From positions 14,238-78,237 of the forward strand of contig JAFYMF010000005.1 of assembly GCA_017556745.1 (NCBI GenBank): a stretch of DNA of 64,000 nucleotides. The letters run 5' to 3'. The DNA is from Clostridia bacterium. GTDB lineage: Bacteria; Bacillota; Clostridia; Oscillospirales; CAG-272. Made by a program: the position numbers and the translations under genes. Each line of letters starts with the position of its first letter. The first letter of the stretch is position 1. Shown here piece after piece: positions 1 through 10,343 of the stretch. The notes beneath the pieces are model-generated. The model saw only the letters and a list, made by a program, of their open reading frames with translations. It was not told the DNA's origin and made no database searches.

Positions 1-1146
1 CAGCTTACTGTACATACGGAAATAATTCTGGAATGTAACAGTAGCAAGAGTCTTGGTCTCATGCTCGATCTTTACCTTTTCCTTTGCCTCAATTGCCTGA
101 TGAAGTCCGTCGGAAAACCTTCTTCCGGGCATAAGACGGCCGGTAAAGCTATCAACTATAATTACCTGTCCATCCTTAACGATATATTCCTCGTCACGGT
201 GCATAATACCGTGAGCTCTGATGGCGATATTGATATGATGAAAAAGCTCGGCGTTCTCGGGAGCGGAAAGATTCTCAACGGAGAAAAACTCCTCTGCCTT
301 TTTCATACCGGACTTAGTAAGAGTTACATTTCTCGACTTCTCGTCAACAATATAATCAGCATCGATATCATCGTGAGACACCTTATCATCAAGTTCTTTG
401 ATAACAAACTTTCTAAGCCTTGACGCAAATTTCTCAACGTGATCGTACATATCGGTAGACTTTTCGCCCTGACCGGAAATTATAAGAGGAGTTCGTGCCT
501 CATCAATCAGTATAGAGTCAACCTCGTCAACGATAGCAAATGCATGTCCGCGCTGTACCATATCCTTTTTATAGTTGACCATATTATCACGAAGATAATC
601 AAAGCCAAACTCATTGTTTGTACCATAGGTTATATCTGCGTTATATGCAATCTGCTTATCCTTTCTTGTCTGACCGTGCACTACAAGACCTGTAGTCAAC
701 CCAAGAAAGCCGTATACTCTGCCCATTTCCTCGCTGTCACGGCGTGCAAGATAGTCGTTGACGGTAACGATATGAACACCGTCTCCCGCAAGTGCATTAA
801 GGTACGCCGGCATGGTTGCAACAAGAGTTTTACCCTCACCGGTCTTCATCTCTGCTATTCTACCCTGATGGAGAAGTATACCGCCTATAAGCTGTACTCT
901 GAACGGTCTCTTACCAAGGACTCTGTCATCAGCCTCACGTACAAGCGCAAATGCATCGGGAAGAATATCATCAAGAGTCTCCCCTGCCTTAAGACGGGAA
1001 TACAGCTCATCAGTCACTCCTCTGAGCTCATCATCTGTCATATTGCCATACTTGTCGGCAAGTCCCTCTATTTTATCCACCAGCGAATTCAGCTTTTTTA
1101 CCTGTCTTTCGCTGTAAGTTCCGAATATTTTATCTGCAAGCCCCAT
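1..1146 (-). CDS. secA: Preprotein translocase ATPase SecA, N-terminal ~382 aa (partial; rest lies beyond the window start)
   Basis: Absent from the ORF track because it is open at the window edge. My minus-strand translation from the ATG (complement of 1144-1146) reads [22 protein letters not shown]...[40 protein letters not shown]...[19 protein letters not shown]. This is the classic SecA motor signature. The + ORFs 61-423 and 439-1224 are its antisense shadows. Confidence 0.9.
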   Translation of the reverse strand, partial: MGLADKIFGTYSERQVKKLNSLVDKIEGLADKYGNMTDDELRGVTDELYSRLKAGETLDDILPDAFALVREADDRVLGKRPFRVQLIGGILLHQGRIAEMKTGEGKTLVATMPAYLNALAGDGVHIVTVNDYLARRDSEEMGRVYGFLGLTTGLVVHGQTRKDKQIAYNADITYGTNNEFGFDYLRDNMVNYKKDMVQRGHAFAIVDEVDSILIDEARTPLIISGQGEKSTDMYDHVEKFASRLRKFVIKELDDKVSHDDIDADYIVDEKSRNVTLTKSGMKKAEEFFSVENLSAPENAELFHHINIAIRAHGIMHRDEEYIVKDGQVIIVDSFTGRLMPGRRFSDGLHQAIEAKEKVKIEHETKTLATVTFQNYFRMYSKL

Positions 1147-1315
1147 TATCTTTTCCTTTCCTTGATACAACGGTATAAGCAAGAACGAACAATATTTATA
1201 TCAGACTATATAATTCCATGTTAATTATACATCATTCGATCATTCAAAACAAGAACTATATGTAAACATTTCGCACGTCTTTCGAATGCAAGTAAAATAT
1301 TTTTCGACTGTACAG

Positions 1316-1349
1316 TAAAAAAGCGGAGCACTTTTGACAAAGCACTCCG
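1316..1349 (-). terminator. Rho-independent terminator downstream of the truncated lipoprotein remnant
   Basis: Minus strand reads cggagtgcttt-gtca-aaagtgctccg, an 11-bp stem with two G-U pairs, followed by cttttttact. On the + strand the G-U pairs become C-A mismatches, so it is minus-specific. Confidence 0.6.
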
Positions 1350-1362
1350 TTTTTTTGACTTA

Positions 1363-1773
1363 TTATGTAAATTCCGATTTGTATGATTTGAGAATAATAT
1401 CAACCTTTTTCTTTGTAGATTCATGCTTTGATGAAAAAGCGTTACTTCCCTGGTTTAATATTTCTGAAAAGTTTGCGGGATACCTGTTGGCAAGGGTATC
1501 GATGTATATCCATGCGGCATCAATGGAAATACCGTCTACTATGATATCCACAATACGCCTTGATTCGGCGTCTGACATATACTGTCCCTTAAGCACGGTA
1601 TCAAGGTAAAGCGGCATCGTTTCACGGTATGAGTATGATGCCATAGCCTCAAGAACAGCACCGACAATCTCGGGAGAGGTATTCATTTTGGGAATGGCAA
1701 CCGCACAGAAACTGGTGTCAGGGAAGGAATAATAGTTTTTCTGGTTTTTATCATATTTATTGCTGTACAGCGC
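1363..1773 (-). pseudogene. 5'-truncated remnant (C-terminal ~135 codons) of the SBP-like lipoprotein family found at 31-40 kb
   Basis: The track ORF 1363-1686 stays open in frame up to a stop at 1774-1776. The translation LYSNKYDKNQKNYYSFPDTSFCAVAIPKMNTSPEIVGAVLEAMASYSYRETMPLYLDTVLKGQYMSDAESRRIVDIIV... aligns with ILPMPKYDEKQKEYYSMPFERFQTYSVPKTNRNPEMATAILEALSAETWRKVIPVYSEMVLKGKYLSDPQSRNMFDMII of ORF 31156-32658. No signal peptide or N-terminal ~360 aa is present. Confidence 0.75.
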
Positions 1774-1997
1774 TTAAAAAACTAACTGGATCCAGATAGT
1801 CATTTTTGTCAATTGTCGCATAAAATAAAGGTGTTTGCAATACATTTAATGTTGTTTTTTTACAAAAAAGATACTTATATTAATGAATATTTCTGTATTA
1901 TAGTTTACATGATTTATGTAAAAACACGGTCATGTACACGCTAAATAACGATTTGTAATTCTCACATAAAAAAATGTGTTTTTATCTCTTTTTTCAG

Positions 1998-2026
1998 TTG
2001 ATTTTAGGAATAAAATGGTTTATAAT
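1998..2026 (+). promoter_or_regulatory. Candidate sigma-A promoter of gpmI
   Basis: TTGATT (1998-2003), 17 nt spacer, TATAAT (2021-2026). It lies 44 nt upstream of the gpmI ATG, and an RBS (acGGAGGt) precedes the ATG. Confidence 0.5.
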
Positions 2027-2069
2027 ATAAAGTGGTTTTATATGTTTATAATTAACGGAGGTAATATAA

Positions 2070-3716
2070 ATGGCTAATTCTCTTAAAAAGTTAAACGGCT
2101 TTGACGGCGTTAAGGGTCCTGTGCTCACCATCGTAATGGACGGTATCGGAATCGCTCCTGACAATGCGGCTAATGCTGTAAAGCTTGCTTACACCCCTAC
2201 TCTTGATAAGCTTTTTGCTGAATGTCCCATGGTTTCTCTCAGAGCTCACGGTGTTGCGGTAGGTCTTCCCTCTGACGACGATATGGGTAACTCTGAGGTT
2301 GGACACAATGCTCTCGGTGCAGGTCAGGTATTTGCACAGGGTGCAAAGCTGGTTACTCAGTCTATCGAGACCGGCAAGATCTTCGCATCCGATACTTGGG
2401 TTGAGCTCACCGCTAACGTAAAGAACAGCGGCGGCACTCTTCACTTCATCGGTCTTTTCTCTGACGGTAACGTTCACTCTCACATCGATCACCTCAAGGC
2501 TATGATCGAGAGAGCAAAGGCTGACGGAATCTCCCGCGTTCGTATCCACATTCTTATTGACGGCCGTGACGTTGGTGAGACCTCTGCACTTGAATATATT
2601 CTTCCCTTCGAGGATTTTCTTTCCTCTGTACGTTCCCCCGAGTTTGACATAATGATCGCTTCCGGCGGCGGAAGAATGAAGATCACCATGGATCGTTACG
2701 AGGCTGACTGGAGCATGGTTGAGCTTGGTTGGAAGACTCACGTTCTCGGCGAAGGCCGCCGCTTTGCATCCGCTGAGGAGGCTGTTAACACCTATCGCAG
2801 TGAAGCTAAAGTTATCGACCAGGATCTTCCTCCCTTCGTTATCGAGAAGGACGGCGAGCCTGCAGGTACCATCAATGACGGAGACAGCGTTATTTTCTAC
2901 AATTTCCGCGGCGACAGAGCTATTGAGATATCCAAGGCATTTGACGATGCAGAGTTTAGTAAATTCGATCGCGTAAGACATCCCAATGTTGTTTACGCAG
3001 GTATGCTTGAGTACGATGGAGACCTTCATATCCCCTCTAAGTACCTTGTATCTCCCCCCGAGATCACCAACACCATGAGCGAGTATCTCTGCGCTACCGG
3101 TGTAAGCGAGTACGCTATCTCCGAGACTCAGAAATACGGTCACGTTACCTACTTCTGGAACGGAAACAAGAGCGGTAAGTTTGATGAAACTCTTGAAACC
3201 TACGAAGAGGTTCCCTCTGATGTAGTTCCCTTTGAACAGAGACCTTGGATGAAGTCCGCTGAGATCACCGATAAGCTTATCGACGCACTCAGAAGCGGCA
3301 AGTACCGTTATCTCAGAGTAAACTTCCCCAACGGCGACATGGTAGGTCACACCGGTAACATGGCAGCGACCCGTATCGGCGTTGAGGCTGTTGATATCCA
3401 GCTCAAGAGAATTCTCGACGTTATCGACGAGCTTGGCGGCGCAGCTCTTATCACCGCCGACCACGGTAATGCTGACGAGATGTACGAGATGGACAAGAAG
3501 ACAGGTGACATTAAGAGAGACAAGAACGGTAACGGCAAGGCTAAGACCAGCCACACCCTCAATCCAGTTCCCTGTTTCATCTACGACAAGAACAATGATT
3601 ATAAGCTTAAGGCTGACAACGGTCAGTTCGGCCTCTCCAATGTAGCCGCCACCATGGTAAACATGATGGGCTACGAGGCTCCCGACATGTGGGATGAGTC
3701 TATTATTGAGTTCTGA
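2070..3716 (+). CDS. gpmI: 2,3-bisphosphoglycerate-independent phosphoglycerate mutase (long ~548 aa form)
   Basis: Motifs LTIVMDGIGIAP...AYTPTLDKL, GNSEVGHNALGAG, ITADHGNADEM and the length fit iPGAM. Strong codon periodicity produces a 487-aa antisense shadow ORF. Confidence 0.9.
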   Translation: MANSLKKLNGFDGVKGPVLTIVMDGIGIAPDNAANAVKLAYTPTLDKLFAECPMVSLRAHGVAVGLPSDDDMGNSEVGHNALGAGQVFAQGAKLVTQSIETGKIFASDTWVELTANVKNSGGTLHFIGLFSDGNVHSHIDHLKAMIERAKADGISRVRIHILIDGRDVGETSALEYILPFEDFLSSVRSPEFDIMIASGGGRMKITMDRYEADWSMVELGWKTHVLGEGRRFASAEEAVNTYRSEAKVIDQDLPPFVIEKDGEPAGTINDGDSVIFYNFRGDRAIEISKAFDDAEFSKFDRVRHPNVVYAGMLEYDGDLHIPSKYLVSPPEITNTMSEYLCATGVSEYAISETQKYGHVTYFWNGNKSGKFDETLETYEEVPSDVVPFEQRPWMKSAEITDKLIDALRSGKYRYLRVNFPNGDMVGHTGNMAATRIGVEAVDIQLKRILDVIDELGGAALITADHGNADEMYEMDKKTGDIKRDKNGNGKAKTSHTLNPVPCFIYDKNNDYKLKADNGQFGLSNVAATMVNMMGYEAPDMWDESIIEF

Positions 3717-3738
3717 TAAATAAAATTGCAGTAAAAAA

Positions 3739-3765
3739 GAAGGTTCGTTTTCGAACCTTCTTTTT
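3739..3765. terminator. Bidirectional rho-independent terminator between convergent genes
   Basis: gaaggttcg-tttt-cgaaccttc is a 9-bp stem flanked by an A-run upstream and TTTTT downstream. Confidence 0.8.
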
Positions 3766-3776
3766 GTTACCGGTAA

Positions 3777-5006
3777 TCAGTATATAAGTATAACACAATC
3801 GGAACAGTAGATAAAGCCATGGTTTTTTTCTTCTCCATCTTCGTCACCCTGATAATGTTCATTAGTGGATATCTCGGCTATAAGTTCAAGGTCAAGAGAA
3901 TATATTCTCGTAGTATTTTCACCGTCCGATATTCCTTCGGCATAGAAATATCCGCAGTATTCTCCGTCTGCAGAGTATGAATAAAGATTGAGTCCAGATG
4001 AAGATTCAAGATATTCTGCGGTATCTGCGTCAGGCAAGATCTCCACCGCCACACCGTCTCCACTGTCTCGGAAGACTCTTGTATAATTTTCACGTGCATC
4101 GGGAGCAAGGCTGTAGATAATGCCGTTTTTATATGTTACCGGAGATATATTGATATCTTCATACGGCAAATAGGAAAAAGTCTCTGTACTGATAGTATAT
4201 ATTCCGTATCCTTTGTACGGTACTCCCAAAACCAGATTATCATTGTCGATAAAGAAGCGCGGTTTATACGCGGTGGCAGTATACATATCGATCCACGGTT
4301 CTGTGGGTAATATTTCCGTTTCCTCCCCTGATGAGTCACGAATATAGGTTCGGTTATCGTAATATCCCTTTTTTTCTTCCAGCGGTACACTATCACAATA
4401 TGCGAACAGACTACCATCAGGAGAGGTTGCGGTTTCAGAGAAATATTCCGGCATTGTATCAAAGTCAGGAGTCTCCCCTTCCTTTTTAGTAAGTGTCCAT
4501 ACACCGTCATTTTCGCTGAGCAGATAATACAGCGGGATACTTACCGTATCTTCCCCGACAGTCACCAAAGCAGTAATGAAAATTTCACCGGTGGTCTCGT
4601 ATCTTGATCTTGCGGAAAGCGTCACTTCGGAAGTGAGTTCCTCTGACAGATATTCGTATTTTCTCCCGTTAACGTCGTATATGCCGATCTTATAGGTGTC
4701 AAAGGAAGAATCACCGGTATACCGCATGATCAGGAGAACGGTATCACCGTCTATCTTCTGTACGTTTACGTGATCGGCATCGGTAATAATATAGTCTATC
4801 CCAAAGCCGTCCGTTTTGTAGCTGAGTTTTCCGAAACGGGGTTTACTCGGCTGTTTTTCATTGTCTGCGGCTGTAGTGTCATCTGTAGGATCTTCATTCA
4901 AAGGCTTCGTAATTTCATCCGAATTTGTAACGTCACCGTTAGCCGCGCAACTAAAAAAGGAAAGCACAAGTAAAAAGCACAGCAAAACACACAACTTTCT
5001 TTTCAT
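3777..5006 (-). CDS. Hypothetical lipoprotein (409 aa)
   Basis: The N-terminus MKRKLCVLLCFLLVLSFFSCAANG gives a signal peptide plus a lipobox Cys. The remainder is rich in Y/D/G/T, consistent with beta-rich structure. I recognise no family. Confidence 0.6.
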   Translation of the reverse strand: MKRKLCVLLCFLLVLSFFSCAANGDVTNSDEITKPLNEDPTDDTTAADNEKQPSKPRFGKLSYKTDGFGIDYIITDADHVNVQKIDGDTVLLIMRYTGDSSFDTYKIGIYDVNGRKYEYLSEELTSEVTLSARSRYETTGEIFITALVTVGEDTVSIPLYYLLSENDGVWTLTKKEGETPDFDTMPEYFSETATSPDGSLFAYCDSVPLEEKKGYYDNRTYIRDSSGEETEILPTEPWIDMYTATAYKPRFFIDNDNLVLGVPYKGYGIYTISTETFSYLPYEDINISPVTYKNGIIYSLAPDARENYTRVFRDSGDGVAVEILPDADTAEYLESSSGLNLYSYSADGEYCGYFYAEGISDGENTTRIYSLDLELIAEISTNEHYQGDEDGEEKNHGFIYCSDCVILIY

Positions 5007-5140
5007 AGATTTTTCTCCCTTTCTAAAAATTCTTTACAGATTTTTATACCCCGATTCGTCTGTGTGTTTATATTAACAAAAAAAATAGTGAATGTCAATA
5101 CATTTATTGTCATATATAACATTTTGCATAACACAATGCA

Positions 5141-5929
5141 TCATTTATTAAACCCATTCTGTCTTGCTATCTCAAAGGCAAGGATAGATGCGGCAGAGGC
5201 GGCAGAAAGTGCAGCCTTAAATTCTCTGCCGTAATCAAGTCTGACTATCTTATCCGCATGATCAAGCACGGCACGAGATATTCCTCTCTTCTCACCACCT
5301 ACAATGAGCAGAAGAGGTTTTTTGATCTCTGTTTCATATACGGAAACAGAGTCTTTTATATCTGCACAGATAACGCTGTAACCGCGTTTTTTTGCTGTTT
5401 CTGCAGCATTCTCAGGTTCACATACATACATAGAAATCAGCTCCGATGCGCCTGCTGAAGCGCGGCACACTACCCCTGCGGCGGTCATCCAGTTACGGGG
5501 TGGGATAATAAGTCCGCCAACACCTGCGGCATAAAGGGATCTTACCGCATATCCGAAATTATAGGGGTCCTCTATCCCGTCAAGCATAATGTAATATCCG
5601 TTTTCGGTAAATGATTCCTCAGTAAGTGTAGGATAGCTTCTCTCGGAGCAAACTGCAACTATACCTCCGTGTGAGTTACCGATACACATCGTATCTATAG
5701 TATCTCTATCTGTCAGTATCAGCTCAAATCCATACTGTTGTTGCTTCCTTTTTATGTATGAGAGCTCACGTTGTTTTTTCTCGCTTCTCTCACGATCAAA
5801 ATAAACCTTTTCTATTCTTCGGTCACTGTTCCCCGATTCAATTGATTTAATCACCGCATCAAGGGACACCATTCCCTCAAAAATTCCCGATGGAGAGAAC
5901 TTTTCTTCTTCCTTTTTTACTTTATTCAT
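5141..5929 (-). CDS. TrmH/SpoU-family RNA 2'-O-methyltransferase (RlmB-like)
   Basis: SpoU motifs are present: LDGIEDPYNFGYAVRSLYAAGVGG, LLLIVGGEKRGISRAVL and LSAASAASILAFEI. I prefer the ATG at 5929 (MNKVKK) because it follows a GGAGAG RBS and overlaps the trmL stop as ATGA. The track start at 5947 is a GTG. Confidence 0.8.
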   Translation of the reverse strand: MNKVKKEEEKFSPSGIFEGMVSLDAVIKSIESGNSDRRIEKVYFDRERSEKKQRELSYIKRKQQQYGFELILTDRDTIDTMCIGNSHGGIVAVCSERSYPTLTEESFTENGYYIMLDGIEDPYNFGYAVRSLYAAGVGGLIIPPRNWMTAAGVVCRASAGASELISMYVCEPENAAETAKKRGYSVICADIKDSVSVYETEIKKPLLLIVGGEKRGISRAVLDHADKIVRLDYGREFKAALSAASAASILAFEIARQNGFNK

Positions 5930-6435
5930 AGCTGTCTCTCTCCCCACACAAATTGTGTTAGACTTCCCTCTGTCTCAAGTCCCTCGAAGTTTTTCTGTCT
6001 GAGAACCTCGTAAACCGCTATTGCCACGGTATTTGACAGATTTAAGCTTCTTAGATTCTGCCTCATTGGCATACGCACGCACTTTTCCTCGTTATCAAAG
6101 AGCAGTTTTTCCGGCAAACCCTTTGTCTCCTTACCAAACATCAGAAACACTTCATCGGGATATTCTACATCAGAATAGGTATTCTTTGCCTTGGTGGAGA
6201 AATAGTATATCTCTGCCCCGGGATTTTTATTGAAGAAATCCTCGGTGTCCTTATAGTAGGTTATGTCAAGTTCGTCCCAATAGTCAAGTCCTGCACGCTT
6301 AAGCTTTCTATCATCTATCTTAAACCCAAGGGGTTCAATGAGATGTAAAGATGCTCCTGTAGCCGCACAGGTGCGGGCAATATTTCCGGTATTTTGCGGT
6401 ATCTCCGGCTCATGGAGAACAATATTTATTTTCAT
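5926..6435 (-). CDS. trmL: tRNA (cytidine/uridine-34 2'-O)-methyltransferase TrmL (YibK family)
   Basis: MKINIVLHEPEIPQNTGNIARTCAATGASLHLIEPLGF and the ~160 aa size are typical of TrmL. Confidence 0.85.
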   Translation of the reverse strand: MKINIVLHEPEIPQNTGNIARTCAATGASLHLIEPLGFKIDDRKLKRAGLDYWDELDITYYKDTEDFFNKNPGAEIYYFSTKAKNTYSDVEYPDEVFLMFGKETKGLPEKLLFDNEEKCVRMPMRQNLRSLNLSNTVAIAVYEVLRQKNFEGLETEGSLTQFVWGERQL

Positions 6436-6464
6436 AGCTTATTTTACGCCTTTTCAAAATATAT

Positions 6465-8330
6465 TTATTTTACAATATCTATAATATCATCTGCGGATAT
6501 TCCCGCATATTTATAAAGCGACTCGGTTTTCTCGGTAGGAGAAACAAAATCGTCATCTATTGCAAGTATCTTTGTTTTGAGAGAATAATCTGTCTTTTCA
6601 GAAAGAATAGAGGAAATTATCATCGCGGCACCGCCGTTCTTTATTCCTTCCTCAAGGAAAATCACCATACACTTATCGTCAGGAAGCAAAGAAAGTATTT
6701 CTTCCGCAGTTCTATCATATGGGCGTAAATGCTGCAGAAGAATAATACCGCACGTTATCCCTTTTTCACCAAGCTTTTCTTTGGCACATATCGCCTCCGA
6801 AATAATGCTTCCGTAGGTAATAATAACGCAATCAATATTATCACTTGAGTGAAAATCTGCACTTGCAGATAGTACGCCGCTCATACTTTTAACAGAAAAT
6901 TTATCTGACACAGGGCTGTCACTTCCGTTAGGATAACGGATAGCAACCGGACAGCTAGCCGTGGAAGCATATTCCATTGCCACCCCAAGTGATTCAAAAG
7001 AAATAGGAGCAAATATCTCTATCCCGGGAATTGATGACAAAAATGATACATCAAAAATACCGTGATGGGTAGCACCGTCTGCACGGTTAAGTCCTGCCCT
7101 ATCAACACCGATAACAACAGAAAGCTTTTGCAGGGCTATATCATGGAGAAGATTATCGTATCCACGCTGAAGAAATGATGAATAAACACCGATATACGGC
7201 TTATATCCTGCGGCAGAAAGTCCGGCACAAAATGTCAGTGCATGCTCCTCTGCAATCCCCACGTCAAAAAAACGCTCCGGAAACTTTTTTGCAAATTCAG
7301 AGAGGCCGGTACCTTCAGTCATTGATGCTGTAACCGCACATATCTTATGGTCATTCTCCGCAAGAAGGCACAGTTTTTCTCCGAATGAAGCAGAGAAATT
7401 CTTACCGTGAGAAACAGATGATGCAGGGCGTATACAGTGAAATTTTCCGGGATCATCCTCAGCCGGCTGATAACCCTTCCCTTTTTTTGTTTTCAGATGT
7501 ATAACGACACTCTGTCCCTGATCAATAGCTCCTCTAAGCATAGATTCTACTCGCATATAGTCGTTGCCGTCAGCAGGACCTATATAAAAAAGTCCGAGTT
7601 CCTCAAAATAGTTACTGCCGTACATCATATTCTTGAACATCTTTTTTATGTTCTTGATACCGCTGAATACCGCATTACCTATAAGTGGAATCTTCTTTAT
7701 AAATTTAGTCGTACCTCTTTTGGCAGTTATATATTTTTTCGATGTGCGGACACGGGCAATATAATTTGCAAATGATCCTATATTCTTTGAAATAGACATC
7801 TCGTTTTCATTGAGAATAATTATCAGCTTAAGATCCTTTTCACAGTTATTAAGGGCCTCGTGTATCATACCGCCTGTATACGCACCGTCACCAACTACCG
7901 CAACGGTATAATTATCCCGTCCTGCCAGCCTATCTGCCTTAGCAAAACCAAGTGCCGCTGATAAAGATGTACTACTGTGCCCTGCGCCGAATGAATCATA
8001 CTCACTTTCGCTTATTTTCGCAAATCCTGAAAGACCTCCCGGAATTCTAAGATCATCGAACCTATCACGCCTGTCGGTAAGCATTTTATACACATATGAT
8101 TGATGTCCCACATCCCAGATTATTCTATCACTCGGAGGAGAAAACACACGAAGTAAAGCCACAGTAATCTCTACTATACCAAGATTGGATGCAAGATGTC
8201 CCCCGGTTTTTGTTACCTTCTTAACAAGAAAATCTCTTATCTCATCATTCATAGCAAGAATTTCAGAATCAGAAAGAGACTTCACATCATCAGGAGTATT
8301 TATTTTATCAAGAATACTGTATTCAGCCAT
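6465..8330 (-). CDS. dxs: 1-deoxy-D-xylulose-5-phosphate synthase
   Basis: 621 aa. GGHLASNLGIVEITVAL, IWDVGHQSYVYKMLTDR, the GDG...NENEMSIS ThDP motif and a transketolase-like C-terminal region are all present. Confidence 0.92.
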   Translation of the reverse strand: MAEYSILDKINTPDDVKSLSDSEILAMNDEIRDFLVKKVTKTGGHLASNLGIVEITVALLRVFSPPSDRIIWDVGHQSYVYKMLTDRRDRFDDLRIPGGLSGFAKISESEYDSFGAGHSSTSLSAALGFAKADRLAGRDNYTVAVVGDGAYTGGMIHEALNNCEKDLKLIIILNENEMSISKNIGSFANYIARVRTSKKYITAKRGTTKFIKKIPLIGNAVFSGIKNIKKMFKNMMYGSNYFEELGLFYIGPADGNDYMRVESMLRGAIDQGQSVVIHLKTKKGKGYQPAEDDPGKFHCIRPASSVSHGKNFSASFGEKLCLLAENDHKICAVTASMTEGTGLSEFAKKFPERFFDVGIAEEHALTFCAGLSAAGYKPYIGVYSSFLQRGYDNLLHDIALQKLSVVIGVDRAGLNRADGATHHGIFDVSFLSSIPGIEIFAPISFESLGVAMEYASTASCPVAIRYPNGSDSPVSDKFSVKSMSGVLSASADFHSSDNIDCVIITYGSIISEAICAKEKLGEKGITCGIILLQHLRPYDRTAEEILSLLPDDKCMVIFLEEGIKNGGAAMIISSILSEKTDYSLKTKILAIDDDFVSPTEKTESLYKYAGISADDIIDIVK

Positions 8331-8485
8331 TTTATATCCTTTCGCCTCACCCTTATAAAAGCATAGGGTTTAGCAACTTACACTCTTACGATTATATTAT
8401 CATACATAAGGAATATTTTCTGTATACATTTCGTAAACTTTACTGTTTTTAAACCCATTATTTTTAATAAAAGTCTTGTACACTA

Positions 8486-8514
8486 TTGACTTAAAGGGAA
8501 AACTATGATAAAAT
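8486..8514 (+). promoter_or_regulatory. Candidate extended -10 promoter for the MgtC-family gene
   Basis: TTGACT (8486-8491), 17 nt spacer, TAAAAT (8509-8514), preceded by TGa. Confidence 0.45.
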
Positions 8515-8588
8515 ATTAAAATATTCTTTAAAGTCCCATTTTGGGGATAATATCGACAAGGAGGTTTGGCTCTCTGCCGAATTCAGCA

Positions 8589-9308
8589 ATGGAACAAATT
8601 TTAAACAACATACTTGATTACTTTAAGTCTATCGACTTCCTCTCGCTCGGTGAATATATTCTCCGCCTTGCACTTGCCGCTCTCTTTGGCGGAATCATTG
8701 GTAACGAAAGAGAACATACCAACCGCCCCGCAGGTCTACGTACCCACATGCTGGTTTGTGTAGGTTCAACGCTTGTAATGCTCACGTCAATATCGCTATT
8801 GTCCCATTATAACGGTACTGTCTCTTTTGACCCCACACGTATGGGTGCACAGGTTATAAGCGGTATCGGTTTCCTTGGTGCAGGTACCATTATTAAGGAA
8901 GGTTTCAGCGTTCAGGGTCTTACCACTGCGGCCAGCCTTTGGACAGTATCTTGTATCGGTCTTGCAATCGGTGCAGGTTTCTACTCTGGTGCGATTACAG
9001 CAACGATAATTATTTACATAGTTCTTGAGGTTATGAAGCGTATGCTTCTCCGTAAGGTTGTTAACAGAATGATCGCTCTTGAGGTTGAATCCCTTGATCA
9101 GGTAATTGAAGCAGCTTCGGCTGAGCTCCACAAGCTTAAGATCAAGATTCTCTCTACCGAGATCGGTGTTATCGATGCAAAGGATGGTCATCCTGCTACC
9201 CTTGAAGTAAGAATATTCGTTATGATGCCAAAGCAGAAAGAGATATTTGAGTATGCTCTCACAAGGCTCAGAATGATCGACGGTGTAAAAGCACAGCACG
9301 TAAGTTAA
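8589..9308 (+). CDS. MgtC/SapB-family membrane protein
   Basis: LRLALAALFGGIIGNEREHTNRPAGLRTHMLVCVGSTLVM is the MgtC signature, followed by a C-terminal ACT-like soluble part. The start is uncertain. The track uses TTG at 8541, and I chose the first ATG at 8589. An AAGGAGG at 8558-8564 would better serve a CTG at 8574. Confidence 0.75.
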   Translation: MEQILNNILDYFKSIDFLSLGEYILRLALAALFGGIIGNEREHTNRPAGLRTHMLVCVGSTLVMLTSISLLSHYNGTVSFDPTRMGAQVISGIGFLGAGTIIKEGFSVQGLTTAASLWTVSCIGLAIGAGFYSGAITATIIIYIVLEVMKRMLLRKVVNRMIALEVESLDQVIEAASAELHKLKIKILSTEIGVIDAKDGHPATLEVRIFVMMPKQKEIFEYALTRLRMIDGVKAQHVS

Positions 9309-9317
9309 TCACAAAAA

Positions 9318-9340
9318 AGAGACATCATTATGATGTCTCT
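9318..9340. terminator. Bidirectional terminator between convergent genes
   Basis: agagacatca-tta-tgatgtctct is a 10-bp stem flanked by an A-run and a T-run. Confidence 0.75.
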
Positions 9341-9353
9341 TTTTATATTCAAA

Positions 9354-10343
9354 TTATCTCTCCTCACGGAAGTAAGGAAGACCAAGGTGTGCCGGAGGCT
9401 GAAACTCACGACGCTTACGCATGCTGATAACAACAAGAACAATGATAGTAACAACATAAGGAAGCATTTTGAAAAGCTCCTGTGTCGCAGTTCCAAGACC
9501 CTGAATGTAGTTGTTAGCGTTACAAAGAGCACCGAAGAGGAATGATCCGACGATAGCAACAGAGGGCTTCCAGAGAGCGAAGATAACGAGCGCGATAGCC
9601 ATCCAACCACGGTCACCGAATGCGTTGTTGGTCCATACACCGTTAGCGTATGCCATAACATACTGAAGGCCGCCGAGTCCGGCGATAGCACTTCCGATAC
9701 AGGTAGCAAAATACTTGTATCTTGTAACGTTGATACCTGCTGCATCTGCGGTAGCAGGACTCTCACCTACCGCACGAAGGTTAAGACCCACACGGGTACG
9801 GTTAAGAACAAATCCAACTATTACAGCAACTATTATTGCAAGATAGGTAAGGAAATCGTGAGACAGGAAAATATCACCAAACCATCCGAGCTTGTCTGCA
9901 AAAGGAAGCTTGGTTGAGAAGAAACCGCTGGTCTTTGTAAGTGCGATAAATGTTGCCTCTCCGCCGCCAAGCTTAGTAAGAGAGCCGCCGAAGAAGTTAC
10001 CGAGGCCGATACCGAATGTTGTAAGTGCAAGACCTGTTACGTTTTGGTTTGCACGGAGAGTAACTGTAAGGAAGCTGTAGATCAGTCCCATTATAACAGA
10101 ACCCACGATCGCACAAAGGAGAGGAATAAGTACCGCAAGAAGTGCGTTCATCTTTGCAATATCATTGCCGCAGGCTTGTTCATAGAAGAATGATCCTATA
10201 ATGCCGCTGATCGCACCAACGTACATAACGCCGGGAATACCAAGATTAAGATGTCCTGACTTTTCTGTTACTATCTCTCCAACAGAACCAAAGAGAAGCG
10301 GAACGCCGAGAAGTATAGCACGGCAAATGAACTGTATTATCAT
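9354..10343 (-). CDS. ABC transporter permease (BMP/nucleoside-type, second permease)
   Basis: A 329-aa polytopic membrane protein, last gene of the xpt-bmp-ABC string. Its start overlaps the stop of the preceding permease by 4 nt. Confidence 0.8.
   Translation of the reverse strand: MIIQFICRAILLGVPLLFGSVGEIVTEKSGHLNLGIPGVMYVGAISGIIGSFFYEQACGNDIAKMNALLAVLIPLLCAIVGSVIMGLIYSFLTVTLRANQNVTGLALTTFGIGLGNFFGGSLTKLGGGEATFIALTKTSGFFSTKLPFADKLGWFGDIFLSHDFLTYLAIIVAVIVGFVLNRTRVGLNLRAVGESPATADAAGINVTRYKYFATCIGSAIAGLGGLQYVMAYANGVWTNNAFGDRGWMAIALVIFALWKPSVAIVGSFLFGALCNANNYIQGLGTATQELFKMLPYVVTIIVLVVISMRKRREFQPPAHLGLPYFREER

Noticed and set aside
61-1224. Plus-strand ORFs 61-423 and 439-1224 at the window start.
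   Set aside because: The minus strand here encodes the unmistakable SecA N-terminus. It is missing from the track only because it runs off the window edge. The + ORFs are antisense artefacts.
2091-3554. A 487-aa antisense ORF inside gpmI. Similar long shadows occur at 21391-22731 (opposite the 5S carboxyltransferase), 13604-14470 (opposite the BMP binding protein), 23895-24758, 55555-56277 and 10983-11669.
   Set aside because: Each lies opposite a gene with clear conserved motifs. The translations show no domain-like patterns and have odd composition. All are explained by codon periodicity of highly expressed genes.
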